Source of the DNA: Eledone cirrhosa
Lineage: Eukaryota
DNA length: 64,000 nucleotides
NCBI GenBank assembly: GCA_964016885.1
Contig: OZ024750.1
Location: 23,374,001-23,438,000 of the forward strand
Reading direction: 5' to 3'
The translations under genes were made by a program, and so were the position numbers. The notes below the pieces were generated by a model. It ran no database searches and was not told the DNA's origin. It was given only the letters and a program-made list of their open reading frames with translations. Shown piece after piece: positions 41,680-56,587 of this stretch (position 1 is its first letter; the number at the start of each line of letters is the position of its first letter).

Positions 41680-42567
41680 CTGAAAAGCTTAAAGTCTATT
41701 CGTCAATTTTTATGCGTCGTTGCTTTAAATGGGGATTGCAGCAAGAAACAGTCATATTAGAATGAATTTGAAGGAGACTAGGACTACATTAAAAATACAA
41801 TAATTCTAAACAATTTTTAAATTACAAAAAACGATAATGAAATCTGTGAATGATAGTAGTTAAATTAATTCATTTATTTGAAATACGTATAATAAAAGAA
41901 AGAAAATTGAATAAGCTAGAAGCAGTCAGATAAAATGAATGGTAGACAATAGAACGGTAAAGAGTAAAATGTCTTCTAATCTTATGCAGGGGAAGAAGAG
42001 AATGAAAGCGAGGCTGGTTGACACACATATAAAGAGGATGTGATGATGCATTTATTTTCAAACTAACAATTGCTTATTTTCTATAGCAAGGAAAATCGGC
42101 AGCCATGTTTTAAAAGATTGATTTAAAATTAATGACAAAGTAAAATATGTATATACATTTTTTTTTTCATTGCCGAAAGCAGTAAATAAAACGATGTTAC
42201 GTTTAGTTACGATAATACACACACGCACGCACACACACGCACGCACGCACACACACGCACACACACACACACACACGCACACAGATATGATTAAGATGAT
42301 TGAGATATTCAAATATATTGTAGTCACTTAATTATTTCTTTGAAAGACAAACTAATGATGAGATAGGCTGGTGGAGAACGACCTCGTGTGCAAATGGCGT
42401 ATCTCTGTTACCATATTCTCCTGTCTGTCTACAGCTAACAGCTCTGCTTATCTATAATTGTTTATTGAAAAACAACTTAAATAGAATATATATATATATA
42501 TATATACAGTTACATATATATATATATACGCTAAGGTGAAACAATTGTTCTCGGTATGGTGAACTAA

Positions 42568-42646
<79 letters not shown>

Positions 42647-43124
42647 CTAACCCAGTTAGCCCTGACAACGCTAATTTTATCCAATTATTTGTGTTCTCCA
42701 AAAGCAGTTTGTTACTAATATTAAATATATTTAATGTACATTTCATACAAATCTGATTCTGTTAGATTTCTTTTACAGTAAAAGAATAAAACACTTTTTT
42801 TTTTTCAATCAACAAAATTAAATATTTCTCGTAGGTTCGAACAGAATCAATAATATTTGATATAATTATATTCTTTGAGTATATGTATGTATGTATGTTC
42901 TTCTGGTTTTATAATTTCACAAATTTTTGCCAATAGAGAGAGTTGGTTTCTAACATAGTTACAAGACTCTCTCATTGGAATTTACACAACATCAACTAGG
43001 TAGATATGTCTGCATGTCTGCATGCATGTGTGTGTAGGTATGGATGTTATTGAATGTGTGGATGCGTATGTTTTGAGTCGTATGTGTACATGTGCATACG
43101 CTTTGTATCTGTACATGTGTATAT

Positions 43125-43588
43125 GCAGTTATTAGATGCAACATTTTTGGAATGTTTTACATATTTTTACTGTTCCATTAATGGATTGTACTTGTAATTT
43201 CCTAACTAGTTGTGTTCTTTCTGTTCCTGTGAAGCCCAGCTTCTCAAGATTTGTATTGAGACAGTTACTAACATATCTCAGTGCCCCAATAATCACAGGC
43301 ATAAATCTGAATGTATAGGCAGGGTGGAGTATCTGCAGATTTCTCATTAATTCTTCTAATCTTTGATATTATATTGGCATCTGCTGGACAGCTAATTTCA
43401 ACTACTGTGCATGCCTTCTTTTCCCTATCCCATATCTTTATATCTGGTCTGTTATGCCTGCATTTTATTGGGGCTTTTACTGGAATATTCCTCCAGTACT
43501 CTTTCATGTTATGTATGTGTATGTCTTCCACATTGCTGTAGCTTTTAATGTGTTTATTATCGGGCCTATCTTTTCTACGGATTGCATC
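43125..43588 (-). mobile_element. 3' fragment of an R4/Dong-like non-LTR retrotransposon (restriction-like endonuclease domain)
   Basis: KEYWRNIPVKAPIKCRHNRPDIKIWDREKKACTVVEISCPADANIISK, then after a frameshift LQILHPAYTFRFMPVIIGAL. This is the HNRPD..E(I)SCP PD-(D/E) motif and the PVIIGALG motif. Confidence 0.85.
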
Positions 43589-43984
43589 GTATGTATGAAT
43601 GTATGTATGTGTGTATGTAGGTAGGTATGTATATATGTATGCATGTATGCACGTATGTATGTACGTATTTGTGTATGTATGTATTTGTGTATATGTATTT
43701 GTATTTGTGTATGTGTGTATGTATGTATTTGTGTGTGTGTGTATATATTTTTGTGTGTGTGTATGTATGTATTTGTGTGTGTGCATATATTTGTGTATGT
43801 GTGTATGTATGTATATATGTATGTGCATGTGCATGTATATGTATGCAAGTATGCATGTATATTTATATATATAGTTTTGTGCTAAGTAGCCGAAGTATAT
43901 TATGAAGTTATATCTGTATATATACAGAATAGAAGTAACCGAGACAGCGTAAATGTGTTTATATTATATACATATTTACACATG

Positions 43985-44012
43985 GACGTTTCGGACAGAA
44001 GTCCTTCACTAG
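43985..44012 (-). ncRNA. hammerhead-like motif with a mutated core
   Basis: The minus strand reads CTAGTGA-A-GGAC-TTCT-GTCC-GAA-ACGT-C. Stem II and III match the 12540 motif, but the core has AG in place of GA. Confidence 0.55.
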
Positions 44013-44212
44013 GAAAGTCCGGAGAAGGAGAGAACAGGTAGGAACATGAAAGTAGTGTGTGAAAGTTAGGAAAGGGAGTTAGGAAAAGAGTGTTGGGGGG
44101 AGAATGATAGGCCTTTAGTGGTAGGTGAGATGTCCGGCCTTGCAGATGAGGGCCAAAGGAAAAACAAGATGGTGTAGGACAGAACAAAGGAGAGACACGA
44201 AATAAAAACTTC

Positions 44213-44255
44213 GTCACTGAGGAGGACACAGAATGTGTGACGAAAGAGCTTTGAC
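44213..44255 (+). ncRNA. minimal hammerhead ribozyme motif
   Basis: GTCA-CTGAGGA-GG-ACACA-GAA-TGTGT-GAC-GAA-AGAGCT-T-TGAC, with stem I GTCA/TGAC. The downstream ~100 bp ends in (TA)n. Confidence 0.65.
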
Positions 44256-44620
44256 AATATATAAACAACCTTGTGGTTATCGAACCAACCAACCGAGTGA
44301 AAACCAAGATGCGTGTGTTTTTATTGGCAGCATGACCCTTCCAAAGTATAACAATATATATATATATATATTATATATAAAGAAGAAGTTTAAGTCAACA
44401 GGTTAAAATTAACTTCGTTCATTCATAGTCATATTCGCTGTTATACATATTTCGGTGATAACCATTATGGAACAGCTATGACTTCGTCAGACAGCTACAA
44501 TTTGAACAGAGAAAAAAATAACGATGGAATAAAGCTTATTTCTATTATTTCGATTTTTTGATAAGCTCAGTGCTGAAGTTTGTTGTTGTTTTCTCAAAGC
44601 ACACTGGTGGCATATGTGTG

Positions 44621-44693
<73 letters not shown>

Positions 44694-46038
44694 ATACATA
44701 TATATGCTGACCTTGGTTCCCTCACCAGTTTTCTTCGGACTTACTGAACCTTCTGCACACACACACACACACACAATCCACAAGCATAGCTTTGTCACAA
44801 TTTAGTGAAAGAAATGACTATAACTTATTCCGTCAGTAAAACAATTTTTTGCTGTCTTCACTATTTATTTCGTTTGTTGTCTCCCCCCCCTCCCCACCAC
44901 CACCACCACCACACATACTTACTCAATTCTCTTTTCCTCTCACTTCCAGCTCTCTTTTATCATTCTCCTCTTTAAATTGGAATGTAATGATAATTGATAA
45001 TGTGTATGCAAAATGTTGAGTAGCTACGGTAATAATTCAAACTATCGATTTTTCACTAGAATTCAAAACAATGAAATAACTGGTGTTGTTGTTTAGCCCT
45101 AGGTTAGGAAGGGTCGTGCAGAGCTCTGGACAAAAGTTGCTCTAAACGTTACCATACCGTCTTTTTTTTTTTGTCAAACTTTGTTCTATTTACGATACCC
45201 GCATCGCATAAACAAACAGTAAATGTGCACACAGAGACATGTCGTGTGTGTGTATATATATATATATATATAAAATATGTAAAAAATAATGAATAAAACA
45301 AAGAAACAGTTCCTTATATTAAACAAAAAAAGGTCATTATTTTACGATCGTTTCTAGGACATATATGTGTTAGAATTGGTATGCATATTCAAAAGATCTA
45401 TGTACAAAATTATACAAACTATCAAGGAGAATATACATACCATCATATATATATGCTGTCTTCAGAAATAATGATGTATATTTATTGATAATAACAACAA
45501 TTCAAAATTACAGGTCTGTTTGGGAACAGATTTTAAATAGACCAATGAAATACATAAAAATTCATCAAGAAAATACAGTTAGGTGTGTGTATATATGTAA
45601 GTAAATTCGCTCACAGATATGCATAAAAATGTATGTTCATATGCTTACGCATGTTGAAAAAGTGTATGTAAATATAAAAATTTAGGGCTAATGTATCTGT
45701 ATGTTTACAATCTACAGACAAAATATACATATATATACATATATATATATACATATATATATACACACATATACACACATGCATACACACACACGTACAC
45801 ATACATAAACACACACATACATACGAACACACATATACAAACACACACACACACACATACGTATATATTATTATTATAACTATATGGATATTGAGGCGCT
45901 CACATAAACACGCCTATATATATATATATAATAAGAAAATGCGAATTAGTTTCAGATGTTAAAGTCCTTTATTGATAAGGCCGTGACATATATATCTATA
46001 TATCTATATATATACACACACACCCATATATATGTATG

Positions 46039-46179
<141 letters not shown>

Positions 46180-46402
46180 GTGAGGTTTTTTTTACAAAAT
46201 GAAAAATAACCGAGGTGTCCTACACGAGTGGAAGTATAAAGAAAAAGGGATGAAATCGAAAATGCAACTGAAGTCTTATTTTTTTAAAAAAATATATATA
46301 TTTATTTGGTTCCAAATAAGGAACCAATAAGGAACCAAATAAATATATATATATTTTTTTTAAAATAAGACTTCAGTTGCATTTTCGATTTCATCCCTTT
46401 TT

Positions 46403-46529
<127 letters not shown>

Positions 46530-46571
46530 GTATGTCAAACCACGACAGAAACACAAACACTCCATCTCAAT

Positions 46572-46615
46572 TTTACTTTTGAAAATCATAAGAACTGTGA
46601 AACCGGTAAAGTAAA
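46572..46615 (+). ncRNA. hammerhead motif, U3-A8 core variant
   Basis: TTTACTT-TTGAAAA-TCATAAGAACTGT-GAA-ACCGGT-A-AAGTAAA: 7-bp stem I and palindromic ACCGGT, but stem II is weak. Confidence 0.6.
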
Positions 46616-49135
46616 TAAATATTCTTAAAACACTCCAGTTGCATTTTCAATTTCTTTTCCGCGTAGAGAATAGGCTTCCACTGCCATAGGCTTTTTGATG
46701 AAGTTAATAAATAATTAAGTATTGCATATGATTGAACAATATATATTGTAGTCAGCATATGTAGACAATTACAATAGAAACAGAAACATATCTTAAAGCA
46801 AATAAATTACTAATCTCCTTCACGCCGACATTTTATTTTCCCTGGTGCAATAATTGTTTATATATATATATATGTATGTGTTTATCCCGGGCTCAATCGT
46901 AGGTAACCACAGTAAGTAAAGTACTCAATACATAGCAGAGTATAAATATTTAATATAGAAATGGCTTCTACAGGACTAGAACTGTTTCATTCGGGAGAAA
47001 TCATCAGGGCTTCCTGGTGATTTTAATGTCCAGGGTGAGCGCTCGATGCGTATTTCCAGTAGGTAAATATACGTTTTTAAGAGAGTGGGGCGTTGTTTAA
47101 AGGAGATTTCTAGCAGACTGAGCAACTATATGAAGGGTCCATTGTTGAATCGGTGCTGTTTACAATGGTTGATAAACAAAATACGGAATAGTCTCAAAAC
47201 AATTCAAGAAAGGAGAATCTGGATAAATTTTAAAGGGAAATAATTGTGGTTTAGATTAATGTGTGGCAATGAAAGGCGCCGTTATTAACTGGGGAAGACG
47301 AAGTGAAATTGAAGATGTTTGTTTTGTAAGTGAAGTGAAATAACAGTTTGATTTTATTTACTTGATAATGTTGAATAATTTATAGAATCCCCAAATACTT
47401 ACAAACTGAATGACAGCTAGAGGTAAATTCATTGCAACAACATTAACCCTTCTTGTTCTCATTTTGAATAATCAGTTTATATAATAAGGTAAAGAAAAAC
47501 AAAAGGCAATCGTCAGATTGGACCAAGGAAAATAGTTATTTATTTATTTATCAAATTTAATCGTCTGCGTAAATCTAGTAAGCCATGACAAAATGAAATG
47601 GGTATGTAATATTCTTTATATATAAGAAACAAAACCAGGAGAGAGAGAGAGAAAGGGACAAAAGAAGAAAAAGAATTGGGTATAAATGGACATCATATGT
47701 AGGTTAAATGTTTCTGTTGTTAAATCTTTTTGTAGCCTCCACGAATTGGAAGGGGTGTAGAAGGATATATATTATAAAACAAGGTCACTTTGTAGTAATG
47801 TGAACAGTGAGAAGTAGTTGTTTCTGTTAAAGAGGGAGAATAAGAGATAGAAACTATTACTGTTTGGGTGGGGGATTAAATGTTCATTTGTAGAAGGAAT
47901 AAAAGATTTAGTGCTGTAGTGGGAGGTTATTGTGGGAGTTGTAGAAGGAGTAGAAGATTTAATATTGTGGTGAGAGGTTACTGTAAATTTGTAGAAGGAG
48001 TAAAAAAAGGTCTATGTGGAAGTGGGAGGTAAGTTTTCAGTGAAAGATTATTGCTAAGGTGCAGGGAAGGTATTACTGTACCGACATTATTCTCACGTTG
48101 TAGCGAGAGAGTGGGAGAGAGAGGAGAGATTGACAGACAGACTGCACAGAGTTAATAGTTATGGGGAAGAGAAATATTCTAATTAAAGGTTACTACTGCT
48201 GTATTATGGAGGAAAGGATAGCTGTTAGGCTGCAGTGAGGAATATTGTTTCACGGTAGGGGAGAGAGAGAGGTTTGTGTACTGTTCTGGAAAATGGTTTT
48301 AGGTTCTTGTTCAAATCTGAAAGATGTTAAACGTTCACAATACACAAGATGGCGTCTTGATAATAATTATCTATTCTATCCTATAGCCATTCACGACAGT
48401 TGACACAGATTTATGAGTACGAAGAAAAGTATTTTTTCTTATACTTTTCGGAGATAGATTTAAACAAAAAAAAATTATTATTTGTACATTAAGTATGTAT
48501 AAAGAATCTAAAATAAATTAGAAAAAAAGCAAAATATATTATGTGAAATTTGGTATAACTAAGACCATTGTATAGCGCCGTCGTGTATATAATTAAACAC
48601 GAGAGAGAGAGAGGGGGGGTGGAGATAAGGTGGGATTGGAAATACAAAACCCCTGTTTTGTATAGATATATATATATATATACAGAGAGAGCGATAGATA
48701 AATAGATAGATAGAGGGTGCCAAATACAAAATATCGTTTTAAAACACCCTACCACAGCTTTTGTCTTGCATTTTGGGTTCCATAAATACTAAATAATAAA
48801 ATAAAAAAAAACAATTTGAACGTTTTTAAGATAAAGCGTGTGAGGCAGACGGACGAAAATGCTGTACATTTATTATAATATAGATTAAACAATGTCATTC
48901 TATTAAATATAGAATTACATTATGATACTTGTAATGTAATTCTAACTTTTGACAACATTTATTTACTCATATCTATCATGCATTACTTTTTACTTTATCA
49001 ACTGTTCATCCGCCATATTAGACTGAATACAACAGTACTGGCGCCATCTTTAATAATCTGTCACTCAAGGATGAAAAACGTAGATGCAGTAAATTTGCAC
49101 CCCACTTCTCGAATTCCTTTCATAGCTGTTGGCTT

Positions 49136-49184
<49 letters not shown>

Positions 49185-49226
49185 CAAAAGAATGAAGAAT
49201 AACATGGTCGGCTGATACCGTGTTAT

Positions 49227-49294
<68 letters not shown>

Positions 49295-49508
49295 TGTGTG
49301 TGTGCGCGCGCGTGTGTGTGTGAAGGCGCGTGGCTGAGTGGTTAGAGAATTGGATGATTCTGGGGCGGCCAGCACGTGGGACCCCATTTGCTCCTAACAC
49401 AGAGAGATGGGGAGGGCGAGAGAGATGGAGGCATTGACAGTGGGAGTTCGGCTCTTCTGTGTTCGGACCTGGTGTGCAGCGCCAGTTGTCCGTAGGGAGG
49501 TAGTGATT

Positions 49509-49580
<72 letters not shown>

Positions 49581-50042
49581 ATTTCCGTAGGAAGGGTAAA
49601 GGAAAGGAGAGTGCTCTGTGTATGGTACAGAGCTATTTGATTATGTAATAAACAACATAAGACAATTATTCCATTTACCAGAGGTTTCACGAAGACATAC
49701 GAGCTCAACAGAGACGTCTGATGAGCGATTTCGGACGTCTCTGTTGAGCTCGTCTGTCTTCGTGAAACCTCTGGTAAATGGAATAATTGTCTTATGTTGT
49801 TTATTACATAATTATATATATATATTTGTACTGCCTCTCTGTTTTTGTTGCCGTCCCAGTTTTCACTGTATATCACCACCCCACTCTCAAGAGCGTGAAA
49901 TTAATAAACATTTGTTTGTACTGCCTCTCTGTTTTGTTCTCGTCCCAGTTTTCAGTATATATCACCACCCCACTCTCAAGAGCGTGAAATTAATAAACAT
50001 TTGTTTGTACTGCCTCTCTGTTTTGTTCCCGTCCAATTTTTC

Positions 50043-50102
<60 letters not shown>

Positions 50103-50755
50103 TATTTTATTGAGCTGCCATTAGATAATGATATATGAATCCTGGGAGTTCTTAAGTATAGAAGTACAGTCCTGGTTAAACTAGGTTTTATTGATAAGGT
50201 CTAATAGGGCAGAAAATTTTAAGATCTTTTACATTTGTATGAACAACAATATAGCCCTGTGGTTAAAAAATACACTTCACAGTTACGTGATTCCGGGTTC
50301 GATTCCACTGTAGATCAACGTAGACAAGTGTCTTCTATTGTAGCTTTGCGTTATTTAATACTACTAAATATTGTGCATGCATCTATTAGTTTCTTAATAA
50401 TTTGGACATCTTTAAGTCTAAATTGACAGTAAAAGCCTCGATCTTCAAACAAATTGGTCCGAGATGGGTGGATTGGTGGGATTAATTGCTTGGGTGCCTT
50501 TAACAGAATTCACTCTGCCGCAAATATTTGGGCCAGGTCTCCAGTTTGAGGATACCTTTATTGGAGATGAGATATTGTGGATGTTTATTACTTTCCTTGT
50601 AGAATGTGTGTTGGAGGCGAATCGGCAGAGTTGTTAGAATACTTTCCAGCTCTCTAGACCCTGAGTTCAAATCCCACCGAAGTCAATTTTGCTTTTCATC
50701 CCTTTGAGGTCGATAAAAAAAGGTACCAGATTTCGACTCTCTCTCTCTCTCTCTC

Positions 50756-50811
<56 letters not shown>

Positions 50812-51683
50812 CACTTTCACTCTCTCATTCTTTATTCTTCCCTGAAAGAAATCGGTTGTGTTTAAATATGGAGAGGAATGGACTCTGCCAGGTTTAAAGT
50901 AGCCGTGGTGGTGGTGGTGGTGCTATTGTTGTTGTTGTTGGTGGTGGTGGTGGTGGTGGTGATGGTGGTAGTCTTTAGAGATATTTAGCTGTCAGTTAGA
51001 AGCTGAGATTCCTACAAAGTATTAAAGAAATATAGTTAACCATTAATTAATTAATTAATTAATCTAATTAATAACCAGAGAAGATATCTTCTCACATTAG
51101 AAAATGACATAGAAAGACACCATGTCAGGGAGATAAAGTAGGAAAATGTCCTTGTGGTATTTAGTTAGGGTTCATTACATTCTGGTTTCAAATCCCGCCG
51201 AGGTCAATTTAACCTCTCATCCTTCCGTGGGTCGATAAAATATAATGGTCTCTGATTTAGGCACAAGGCCAACAATTTTGTGGAGAGAAGAAAGTCGATT
51301 AAATCGACTGCAGTGAATTACTGGTGCTTTATTTTATCGAACCCGTAAGGATGAAAAGCAAGGCTAACCTCAGTGGGATTTGAACTCGTACCGTAAAGGG
51401 CCGTAATTCTATGCTGCAAAGCATGGCGTCCGACCCTCTACCGATACTGCCAATCCTCTACAACTCAATATTATATTTAAGAACACAACGTACCACCCGG
51501 TCGTGGGATCGCACCCATGATGCTATGATCGTAAGTCCAACACCCTAACCACTAGGCCACACGGTTTCAATAGACATAACATATCATACACGTATATACA
51601 TGTATAAATAACTAAGTAACTTTTAGCATCACAGAGAATTGCTTACAAGATGCTCACTACAAGTAAGCAAAGCCTTCGATGTA

Positions 51684-51862
<179 letters not shown>

Positions 51863-51969
51863 GTATATATATATATGTATATATATATATATGTATACAT
51901 ATATATATATGTATATATATATATATGTATATATACATATATATATATACATATATATATGTATATATT

Positions 51970-52129
<160 letters not shown>

Positions 52130-52137
52130 TATATGTA

Positions 52138-52233
<96 letters not shown>

Positions 52234-52325
52234 TGAAAAATGGCGAGCTGTGTTGTTGCATTTATGTATAATAAATGAAGAATTAGAAATAGAAGCCAGG
52301 AATATCCGTCATCAGTGGTCTACTA

Positions 52326-52368
<43 letters not shown>

Positions 52369-52369
<1 letters not shown>

Positions 52370-52575
52370 AAGGCGGGTAAAATTCCCGAGATCCATGGAC
52401 GAGTTCTCTCCAGCGGTCTCTGTCCCTCATTATAGCTGCCATAACCTGCATCTCCAACAGACCAGTGTCTGTCCTTAGGGCATCAACATATGTTAACCTT
52501 GGTCTTCCCCTTCTAGTGTGTCCATGTAGGGGCTCCCATCCTCAGCATTCTCGTGTCCAAGTCTCAGACCCATAC
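52369..52575 (-). mobile_element. second, internally deleted copy of the RTE 3' end
   Basis: Near-identical reverse complement of 38289-38458, preceded by ETWT- and RMLRM-encoding pieces. It is flanked by TA repeats. Confidence 0.9.
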
Positions 52576-52797
52576 ATATATATATATAAGCAACTAACTT
52601 CCACCATCTGTTTAGAAGGAATCACTCACAGAGAATTCCTTACGAGATGCTCAAGATAAAATTATAAAACCATTTTAAAATACTGTTAAAATGTGATAAG
52701 GAACACAGGAAAGGACAGAATGAAGAGTGGGAACGGGAGAGTAGGAAGATAGGATATAGACAAGGTGAAGTTTCTGCAGAAACAGCTGGATATATAC

Positions 52798-52855
<58 letters not shown>

Positions 52856-53124
52856 GAATAAACAAGAGAGATGAACACTAATATAAACATACATGTGTTC
52901 GAATCGCAAGGAAAAAATTTGCTAGGGTGAAAAAATACTAACTACAAGTTAGTATTTTTTCACCCTAGCAAATTTTTTCAGCCTAGCAAGTTTGGTCCTT
53001 ACGATTCGAACACATGTATGTTTATATTAGTGTTCACCTCTCTTGTTTATTCAATTATATTGTACGTCTCGGAAAAGCTTTTTTCTTAGAGCTATTTAAT
53101 TGTAAGAGACTACCCTGATTTCTT

Positions 53125-53235
<111 letters not shown>

Positions 53236-54513
53236 TGAAGGCGTGTGGTTGAGTGGTTAGAGAATTGGATTCGCAATCGTAAGGTTGTGAGTTCGATTCC
53301 TGGACCAGGTGATGCGTTATGTCCTTGAGCAAGACACTTTATTTCACGTTGCTCCTTCTACCTGGAGTTGCGACCGATAGATAGTATTAGCAATTGGAAA
53401 GACCAACGGAAACATTGTTCCCTCGGTCCGATTTGACGAAAGTCGATCGTTCCTAAAAAAAAAAATATATATATACAGTGTACCCCCGGCATTCGCTGTT
53501 CCGGTTATTTGCGGAATTTTCCTTAGAACCTGACGCGCGTTTCGCTATTGATCAGCTCAAGGTTCGATCTGTATATACGTACACAACACCGAAAAGTTTG
53601 TTTGTGTTCTGTCTTGCCTTCTATTTGAATTTTATATACAACTGTTTCGTCAGCAGAGTGTTGTGTCCTTGACCCTATCCAGAAACTGATGGGTGGGGTA
53701 AGCTACAAGTAAGGTGGAGTTTCCACAAAGAAGAGAAAACTAGCTGCATTTTCATTGTTTATTGTTTAGTCAAAGAGGGTAGAGCTGCACCCTTGATTCT
53801 TTTCAGGGCCTCTAAAACTGGTGGGAGGGAAGGAACGAGGATGATATCCTCAACCTAGAGACCTAACCTGATTGGACTCTGCTAAAGGCACACAAGAACC
53901 AGGTTGTGGTGTTTAAAGAATGAGCGAGAATGATAGAGAGGAAGTGTGAAAGGGATATAGAGGAAGAACCCCCCAGTACTTGACTGGTACCTTTTTATCG
54001 CCCTAGAAAGTATAGAATATTAATACTAATAATGTATTTGATCTCTCTCTCTCTATATATATATAAAGGAACGATCGACTTTCGTCAAATCGGACCGAGG
54101 GAACAATGTTTCCGTTGGTCTTTCCAATTGCTAATACTATCTATCGGTCGCAACTCCAGGTAGAAGGAGCAACGTGAAATAAAGTGTCTTGCTCAAGGAC
54201 ATAACGCATCGCCTGGTCCAGGAATCGAACTCACAACCTTACGATTGCGAATCCAATTCTCTAACCACTCAGCCACACGCCTTCTCTCTCTCCCTCTCTC
54301 TCTCTAGAGAGAGAGAGAGATTATATCACACTCTGCTCTGTAAGAACATAGAGTGCTCAACCGGCCTACCGCATATGGAAGCATCATAGCTACCATCAGA
54401 CAAACATATATATTTAATTTCATTTGTACCGTTTCCTCTCACCCCCCTTTTTTCTATATGTCTCTCCACCACTCCCCTACACACCCTTGGAACTCTCTTC
54501 CCACACACTTTTC

Positions 54514-54545
54514 ACCTGAAGAAGGGCTTATGCCCGAAACGTCGT
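54514..54545 (+). ncRNA. minimal hammerhead ribozyme motif
   Basis: AC-CTGAAGA-A-GGGC-TTAT-GCCC-GAA-ACGT-C-GT, with a GUC cleavage triplet at 54541-54543. It is followed by the 85-bp stub, AATAAA and (TA)n. Confidence 0.72.
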
Positions 54546-54933
54546 TCCCCACCATCACCCCACTCTCAAGAGCGTGAAACTAATAAACCTTTGTTCGTAC
54601 TGCCTCTCTGTTTTGTTCCCGTTCAATTTTTTACTATATATATATATATATACAGTAGAATAATCGAGTATCGAAAAATCGGCGCACGAGTTCACGATAA
54701 ACAAAATTCGAAAATGAGCGGCAGAGGGCTCAATAATTCAGATAAATCAGAGCTATAACTATCGTTAAAATACCGTCACACATAGAACAAGTCTATAATC
54801 AACCGTACGACCGAAAAATTGCGATCTGGAAGATTCGGGACACTCAGAAAAAATATCAATAAATCAAAAAATCAAATGAATATATATATATATATCTGTC
54901 GGTCTGTCTAAAGAAACATATCTGTCTGTCTGT

Positions 54934-55053
<120 letters not shown>

Positions 55054-56587
55054 GTGTGTGCGTGTGCGTGCGCGTGTGCGTGCGTGTGTGTGTGCGTGTG
55101 TGTGTGCGTGTGTGTGCTGATCAACTGACAGATCGCTATTGAAAGGTTTCTCTTTATAAGTTATTGAAGTAATCATAGTGTTCAAAGAAACTCTTACATT
55201 AAACATGTTAGTACCGACTGCTGTTTATTACAGCCTTCGTTTGAAACTATTAACATGTAAGTATGTATGTGCGTTCGGGTATCTAGTCCGACTATTTCTA
55301 TGTCCCACCGCATATATATACACATGCACACATGCATCTACATATATACATATACATACATATACATACATATATACACGTGCATACATGTATATACATA
55401 CTTACACATTTTTGGATAGCCGTTGACTCTTATGAGTTCTTCCGCCCTTTGTTAAACCACTGGGAGTGAGGACCCCTAGCCTTTGTCAGGGCATTCTTCT
55501 AGGAGAATGCAACTCAGGAAACTGGGAGAACTCCGATATAAAACCTGCGGCTCAGTAGTTACCGATGATGTTGATCTTTTCTTCTTTTCGGGTTATAGCT
55601 ACTGTCGCTCAGAGAGTGGGATTGGCTCAGTGCACAGTCTTTCCTCACTTAAAAAAAAAATCTTCACGCACAGGCATTGCACGATGACATGAATGAATAA
55701 TTACTAGCACACTGGATTAATAATGGTATATCATGCAATGGCCATACTCGATAACGAGGGGGCAGCCATCATGTATGTATGTATGCATGCATGCGTGTAA
55801 GTATGCATGTACGTATGTATGTGTGTGTGCAGAGCCCTACATGAATTACTAATACTAATTATGTGTGTATGGTCTATCGGTTTGTGTTGAGAACCGTACT
55901 GATGTATATATGGAAAGGTTTTATTCAAAGAAACCGTATACGTTGGAAATACAAATGAAAGGAGAAAGAATAAATAGAATAACAACTTTTCTAAGATAAC
56001 ATATGTTCCTGGTAATCTTCCCAATATCTTTATTTCATCTCGAAAGACGTTATAGGAAACGTACTTTGTTCGGAACAATGGCGGCAGCAAACTCTCTGAA
56101 GATAGACGTATCACATGACAAGCTGGTTAGAAGCTGGGGGAGTTTCTGCAAATGGATTAATTTCTTATGAGAATGTGATGATTGACCGAAAATATTGTAA
56201 ACTAATATTTCAACATAGATTTCTTTTTCAAAAAAATGTTTCGAGTTAGTAGTAAAATCTAGACGTTTATCTCCACCTGAATGCACCTAATGTAGATATT
56301 AGATAAATAGTGTAGTCGCCGGTAACACAGGAGTATTATTGGGCTTGATTAGACTAATAAAACACAGAGAGAGGGAGAGTGGGGAGGTTTAGCTACGAAC
56401 GATGTGGAAGTTACAACCAAATGTTTCCCAAGCTGTTGATGTATTTGTAGATTATATGTAGTTAATAAAGTCTGTGTAGTTGAATACTAAAACGCCATAT
56501 TCTGCAGTATTTACTTTACTAACAAACTTTGCTGCGATATTGTCTCAATTACTATTTCAGCAAGTAATCGCCATTTGTAACTGCATA

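Noticed and set aside
47020-48340. possible decayed Penelope ORF upstream of the minus-strand hammerhead at 47007
   Set aside because: No RT or GIY-YIG motif was recognisable by eye. A tBLASTx/HMM search would be needed.
53237-53310. tRNA-like sequences with A and B boxes (also 1077 and 11635)
   Set aside because: They continue into the CORE-like SINE body, so they are SINE heads, not tRNA genes.
56291-56550. possible solo LTR (TG start, internal AATAAA)
   Set aside because: I could not find a matching CA end with a target-site duplication.
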